Shown piece by piece: positions 16,816 through 20,949 of a DNA stretch of 20,949 nucleotides (position 1 is its first letter; every line of letters begins with the position of its first letter). The stretch spans positions 1 through 20,949 of the forward strand of contig JBDHAB010000159.1 of the NCBI GenBank assembly GCA_039588295.1, in the 5' to 3' direction. Source of the DNA: Gemmatimonadota bacterium. Its GTDB lineage: Bacteria; Gemmatimonadota; Gemmatimonadetes; Gemmatimonadales; GWC2-71-9. The notes beneath the pieces were generated by a model. That model did not search any database and had not been told where the DNA came from. It saw nothing but the letters and a program-made list of their open reading frames with translations. The translations under genes were made by a program, and so were the position numbers.

Positions 16816-18747
16816 TCAGAGAGCGACGGTTACTCCGAGCGCCTCCCGCCAGAGATCGAACCCCACCAGCCGCCACACGATGAACAGGTCACGCTGCGAA
16901 AGCGGCGCGCCGCTCCGTATCGCATCGAGCCGCTGACGCACCCACGCCGGCGAGATCCCGGGTATCGCCGCCACGCGCTCGAACCGCCGAGCCACATCCG
17001 ACACCGCGCAGGCCCAGGTATGGAGTGGGACGGACAGGCCGATCTTGGCGCGACGGTCAGAGACGGCAGCGGGAAGGAGATCGTGGACGGCGCGACGGAA
17101 CACGTACTTGCCCTCCCCATGCGGACCCACGAGGTGCTCCTCTGGGAGGGCCAGGCAGAACTCGACGAGCTCCGGCAGCAGGAACGGCAGCCGACCTTCG
17201 ATCGACGCAGCCATCGTGTTGCGATCCTCCCAGCGCAGGATGGCTGGCAGGCTGGCGGCGAGGTACCGGCGCACCAGCGCGCTGAGGCTCAGCGGCCGAT
17301 CCAGATCGGCGGCTGCATTGCGAACCATGTCGGACTCGACCGTCAGCCACGGCCAACGCCGCAGCGGTCGGCGTTGTCGCGCCAGCACCCGCGCCGTCTT
17401 GAACAATGTGCCCGCCGCCTGCCTGCCGCGGCGCTTGCTGCCACGCACCAGGGCCGCAACGAGTCGCCCGGCAGTGACGAAGTCTCCGCGACGCAGGAGG
17501 CCCGCAACCCGGAGTGGCACTGCCGCCGGATACCCGGCCAACAGTTCGTCAGCACCCTGTCCGTCGAGCAACACCTTCACGCCGGTGTCACGCGCGTGCT
17601 GGCAGAGCGCATGGTGCACCAGAATGGCGGGACTGCCCATTGGCTCGCCCTGTCGCTTCGCAGCGGCCACGGCCCCGGACCACAGGTCGGCATCCAGGCG
17701 CAGCTTGGACGTTCGACACCCGGCGGCGGCTGACACCAGATCGATCCACGGCTCTTCGCTCTTCGCCTCTCCCGTGCCGATGTAGCTGACGGCGCGCAGC
17801 TCGAGGTCGGCACCGCCGATTTGCCGTTGGGCGAGCACGAGTGCAGAGGAATCCAATCCACCCGAGAGGAGCGAGCCGATGGGCACGTCGCTCCGCAGGT
17901 GCCAGCTCACCGACCGATCGAAGAGGTGGCGCAGCCGGCTCGCCGCCTCGTCCGGCTCCGCTGTCGACTGGGGCCGCCGAACCGGCGGGACCGACCAGTA
18001 CCGTCTCACGTCCCACTCGAGCGACGTCGGGTCGTCGATCTCGATGACCGTTCCGGGGTCGAGCCGTCTCACCCCCTCGATCATCGTGTCCGCGCGATGA
18101 TCCGTTCGCCCGGTCGCCAGGTAGTCCACTGTTGGGTGTAAGGCAGCCCGCACGGCCGTGGGGTGGATTCGGAGAACTGCGGGGATTTCCGAGGCGAAGG
18201 CCAGGCCTCCCACTACGGGGCGCAAAAAAAGCGGTTTCTGCCCCAGGTGATCGCGCGCGAACACCACCGTCCGGCGTTCACGATCGACAATCACGAAGGC
18301 GAACATCCCGGCAAGTCGCTCGAGACACCCGAGACCCCAGCGCTCGTACGCGGCGAGCAGCACCTCGGTATCCGAGCGTCCGCGGAACCCGTATCCCTCG
18401 CGCTCCAGTTCCTGTCTCAGCTCGACGTGATTGTAGATCTCCCCGTTGTAGGCGAGCCAGATCCGCTGGTCGGCAGACGGCATCGGCTGGGCGCCGGCTG
18501 GACCGAGGTCGAGGATGGCGAGCCGCCGGTGCGCGATGACGACCGAGAATTCGAGATCGTCGTCCGCGGCTGGGACGTCGGTGCGCTGTGACGCGGTCTC
18601 GAGATAGCCTAGCCCATCATTGGCGGCCAGGACGAGGAGTGCCTCGTCATCCGGACCACGATGGTGCAGCATGTGGCCGGCAGCACGTACTCCGTCGAGC
18701 ACGGCTTCGGGATGTCCGACGCCGATCCAGCCCGCAATGCCGCACAT
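16816..18747 (-). CDS. asnB: Asparagine synthase (glutamine-hydrolysing) family amidotransferase
   Basis: MCGIAG Ntn start at ATG 18747; HRGPD, HRRLAILDL, AQPM, YNGEIYNH, SDTEVLL, LSGGLDSS, DGQGADELLAGY and EDRNTMAASIEGRLPFL. Family is certain, substrate is not. Confidence 0.9.
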   Translation of the reverse strand: MCGIAGWIGVGHPEAVLDGVRAAGHMLHHRGPDDEALLVLAANDGLGYLETASQRTDVPAADDDLEFSVVIAHRRLAILDLGPAGAQPMPSADQRIWLAYNGEIYNHVELRQELEREGYGFRGRSDTEVLLAAYERWGLGCLERLAGMFAFVIVDRERRTVVFARDHLGQKPLFLRPVVGGLAFASEIPAVLRIHPTAVRAALHPTVDYLATGRTDHRADTMIEGVRRLDPGTVIEIDDPTSLEWDVRRYWSVPPVRRPQSTAEPDEAASRLRHLFDRSVSWHLRSDVPIGSLLSGGLDSSALVLAQRQIGGADLELRAVSYIGTGEAKSEEPWIDLVSAAAGCRTSKLRLDADLWSGAVAAAKRQGEPMGSPAILVHHALCQHARDTGVKVLLDGQGADELLAGYPAAVPLRVAGLLRRGDFVTAGRLVAALVRGSKRRGRQAAGTLFKTARVLARQRRPLRRWPWLTVESDMVRNAAADLDRPLSLSALVRRYLAASLPAILRWEDRNTMAASIEGRLPFLLPELVEFCLALPEEHLVGPHGEGKYVFRRAVHDLLPAAVSDRRAKIGLSVPLHTWACAVSDVARRFERVAAIPGISPAWVRQRLDAIRSGAPLSQRDLFIVWRLVGFDLWREALGVTVAL

Positions 18748-18833
18748 CAGCGGCCCCGAGACTCGGCACCGGCGATCGCAGCCGGTATATTGACAAGCAA
18801 CCGAACCGACCAGAGGGTCTGACGCATCCACTC

Positions 18834-19034
18834 ATGACTACCATCCATCCCGACCGTCCGCCAGCCGACTGGATCGACCAGATGAGCGACGAGCAGTGTA
18901 TGGAGATCTTCTGGCTCTACGTCGATCCGCCGGAGCCGTTTCTCGAAGGGCACCCTCCTGCGCTCCTCGGCCGGGCGATGCGATACGCCCTGCACCAGGT
19001 GGCGGACGAGACCGCGCGGCGCCAAGAGAAGTAA
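18834..19034 (+). CDS. Small hypothetical protein (66 aa)
   Basis: MTTIHPDRPPADWIDQMSDEQCMEIFWLYVDPPEPFLEGHPPALLGRAMRYALHQVADETARRQEK fills the gap between asnB and the ppk2 terminator; protein-like composition, weak RBS. Confidence 0.55.
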   Translation: MTTIHPDRPPADWIDQMSDEQCMEIFWLYVDPPEPFLEGHPPALLGRAMRYALHQVADETARRQEK

Positions 19035-19043
19035 CCTCAGCGC

Positions 19044-19068
19044 AAAACGCCCGGCACTGGGCCGGGCG
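19044..19068 (-). terminator. Probable intrinsic terminator downstream of ppk2
   Basis: Perfect 8-bp GC stem CGCCCGGC (19048-19055) / GCCGGGCG (19061-19068) with 5-nt loop, followed by TTTT on the minus strand. Confidence 0.7.
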
Positions 19069-19120
19069 CTGCGGCTACGTCCACGCTACGCCCTTACGCT
19101 ACGGCCACTGAAACTGCCGC

Positions 19121-20023
19121 TCACTCCTTCTCGAGCGTCTTCTTCAGCTTGGCCAGTTCCTTCCGCGCGGCCGCGTTCACCGTGGGGAACTTGAGGTCCA
19201 ACGATGTGAGCGCGTCGACGATCGCCGCTGCGACGACGACACGGGTAAACCACTTCTTGTCGGCCGGCACCACATACCACGGCGCTTGCTCGGTCGCCGT
19301 GTTCCGGATCATGTCTTCGTACGCCTCCATGTACTGATCCCAATGCTCGCGCTCGGCGACGTCTCCGGCGGAGAACTTCCAGTTCTTTTCCGATCGGTCG
19401 ATGCGGTCGAGGAAGCGTTCCTTCTGTTCGTTCTTTGACACGTGCAAAAAGAACTTGCGAATCGCCACCCCGTTGCGCGTGAGGTGACGCTCGAGGTTCC
19501 GGATATCCTCGAACCGCTCCGACCAGATCTCGTCGGTCACCAGCTCGGGTGGCAGTTTCTGGCCCGCGAGGATTCCGGGATGGACACGCACGACAAGCGT
19601 CTCTTCGTAGTAGGAGCGATTGAAGATCCCGATACGTCCGCGCTCCGGAAGGCGCTTGACACAGCGCCACAGATAGTCGTGGTCCAGCTCCTCTTTGCTC
19701 GGCGCCTTGAACGAGAACACCTGACAGCCCTGCGGGTTGACGCCGGACATGACGTGCTTGATCGCGCTGTCCTTACCGGCGGCGTCCATCGCCTGAAAGA
19801 CCAGCAGCACCGCCCACTTGTCCTGCGCGTAGAGCATCTCCTGCAGCTCCGCCATCGCCTTGACGCCTGCCTTCAGAGCCTTCTTGGCCTGTGGCTTGTC
19901 CTCGGATCCGAGGTCACCCGTGTCGCCGGGGTCAAAATCGGCGAGTCGGAACGCGTCACCGTCGGTGACGCGGTAGGGTTCGGAGAGACGCTGGGCCTTG
20001 CTGGCGAATTTCTCGGACCTCAT
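19121..20023 (-). CDS. ppk2: Polyphosphate kinase 2 family protein (single domain, class III-like)
   Basis: QAMDAAGKDS (Walker A), VNPQG, FKAPSKEELDHDYLWR, FNRSYYEE and APWYVVPADKKW; AGGAG RBS before ATG 20023. Confidence 0.95.
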   Translation of the reverse strand: MRSEKFASKAQRLSEPYRVTDGDAFRLADFDPGDTGDLGSEDKPQAKKALKAGVKAMAELQEMLYAQDKWAVLLVFQAMDAAGKDSAIKHVMSGVNPQGCQVFSFKAPSKEELDHDYLWRCVKRLPERGRIGIFNRSYYEETLVVRVHPGILAGQKLPPELVTDEIWSERFEDIRNLERHLTRNGVAIRKFFLHVSKNEQKERFLDRIDRSEKNWKFSAGDVAEREHWDQYMEAYEDMIRNTATEQAPWYVVPADKKWFTRVVVAAAIVDALTSLDLKFPTVNAAARKELAKLKKTLEKE

Positions 20024-20031
20024 GACCGCTC

Positions 20032-20949
20032 CTACGGCGTCCCGCGCCACGCCGAGTAGTCCACATCCAGCGGCGGCGGAGCGGCATTCCGTTGATCACC
20101 TGGTTGGAGATAGTGGTCAAACCAGCGGAGCGCCCGCAGCGCATAATCGTACCGATAGACGTTCGTCCGATTGCCGTGGCCCTCACCCGGATACCGGACG
20201 TACCGCACGGGTGTCTCCGTGCTGGTCTTGACCGCCCGATAGAGCATATGCGGTTGGCTCGGGTGGACGCGGGGATCGTTCGTCCCGCCCAGGACGAGAA
20301 GGGGGGTCCGGCACTGCGGTGCGTACGTCAACGGGCTGCGCTCGCTCAAGAAGTCCCACTGCTCGTGAGGCCACCGCTCCTCGTAGTGCACGTAGTAGTA
20401 CTCCCAGGGGATGTCGGTGGTGAGCCACTTCGTGGGCACGTGGGTAACCGGCACAAAACTCACGGATGCGGCAAAGTGCTCCGAGTGACGAGTGGCGGCC
20501 CACGCTGCGGTGTAGCCGCCATACGACCCGCCGCCGATCCCGACGCGAGCACGATCGACCCACCCACGCTCGACGAAGTGCGCGATGGCATCCAGATGGT
20601 CCTCGAACTCACGGCCCATCGGATCTCCATGGTCCGCCTTTGCGAATTCGACCCCGCGCCCCGTGCTCGACCGATAGTTGGGGAACCACACGAAGTAACC
20701 GCCGCGACTCAGGAGCTGACCCCAGCCGCTGTACGTGGTCACCCACTGGTTTCGGTAGTGGCTCTCGGGTCCCCCGTGCGCCACGATCACCAGCGGGTAG
20801 CGGCGGCCCTGCTCGAAGTCCAACGGAGCCAGCAGAATCCCCTCGATCTCCACACCATCGCCGGCTGGGAAGCGATAGACCTCCTGCCGACCCAGGGGAA
20901 TCTCGTCGAGCCATGGATTCGAATTCGTCCGACGAGTCCACGAGCCACC
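20032..20949 (-). CDS. S9 family (prolyl oligopeptidase/acylaminoacyl peptidase-like) serine peptidase, 5'-truncated
   Basis: HGGPES, PNYRSSTGRG, GGSYGG (nucleophile), DPRV and EGHG; the frame stays open to the window end (..TNSNPWLDEIPLGRQEVYRF..). Confidence 0.93.
   Translation of the reverse strand, partial: GGSWTRRTNSNPWLDEIPLGRQEVYRFPAGDGVEIEGILLAPLDFEQGRRYPLVIVAHGGPESHYRNQWVTTYSGWGQLLSRGGYFVWFPNYRSSTGRGVEFAKADHGDPMGREFEDHLDAIAHFVERGWVDRARVGIGGGSYGGYTAAWAATRHSEHFAASVSFVPVTHVPTKWLTTDIPWEYYYVHYEERWPHEQWDFLSERSPLTYAPQCRTPLLVLGGTNDPRVHPSQPHMLYRAVKTSTETPVRYVRYPGEGHGNRTNVYRYDYALRALRWFDHYLQPGDQRNAAPPPLDVDYSAWRGTP

Larger units (their letters stand above)
8383..18747. other. Putative RRE-dependent RiPP biosynthetic gene cluster of unrecognised class
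   Basis: PqqD/RRE next to a short YxxP precursor, followed by kinase, three ferritin-like proteins, membrane protein, S26 peptidase and nucleotidyltransferase in one operon with overlaps or gaps under 30 nt; two adjacent Asn-synthetase homologues. Confidence 0.82.

Noticed and set aside
18790..18818. Perfect TTGACA -35 box upstream of the small ORF
   Set aside because: No credible -10 hexamer at 16-18 nt spacing (GAGGGT at 17).
1..20949. tRNA, rRNA, CRISPR array, transposase or integrase
   Set aside because: No regular repeat-spacer pattern, cloverleaf or recombinase motifs seen; nearly all sequence is explained by CDSs.

Overview
GC-rich, gene-dense bacterial DNA; the many secreted hydrolases would fit a Gemmatimonadota-like organism, but that is only a guess. 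The left part (1-8358) is ordinary: the 3' end of argG, then argH, a serine hydrolase, an M20 peptidase, a CigR-like protein, a metallophosphoesterase, an MBL-fold hydrolase and a lipoprotein. The centre (about 8383-18747) looks like an RRE-dependent RiPP biosynthetic cluster of a type I do not recognise. A tight minus-strand operon encodes, in order: a PqqD/RRE protein, a 43-aa precursor (YxxP leader motif, C-terminus ...TTA-GMSGWWMM), an HprK-like kinase, a degenerate ferritin-like protein, two DUF455-type diiron ferritin-like paralogues, a multi-pass membrane protein with four His motifs, an S24/S26 peptidase and a nucleotidyltransferase. Next to it are two asparagine-synthetase homologues, one lacking the glutaminase Cys. 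The parts resemble lasso-peptide loci, but the predicted core has no Asp/Glu, and the window has no transglutaminase-like B2 protease and no radical SAM enzyme. The right end holds a small ORF, ppk2 and a partial S9 peptidase. All family calls come from motif recognition by eye; no searches were run.
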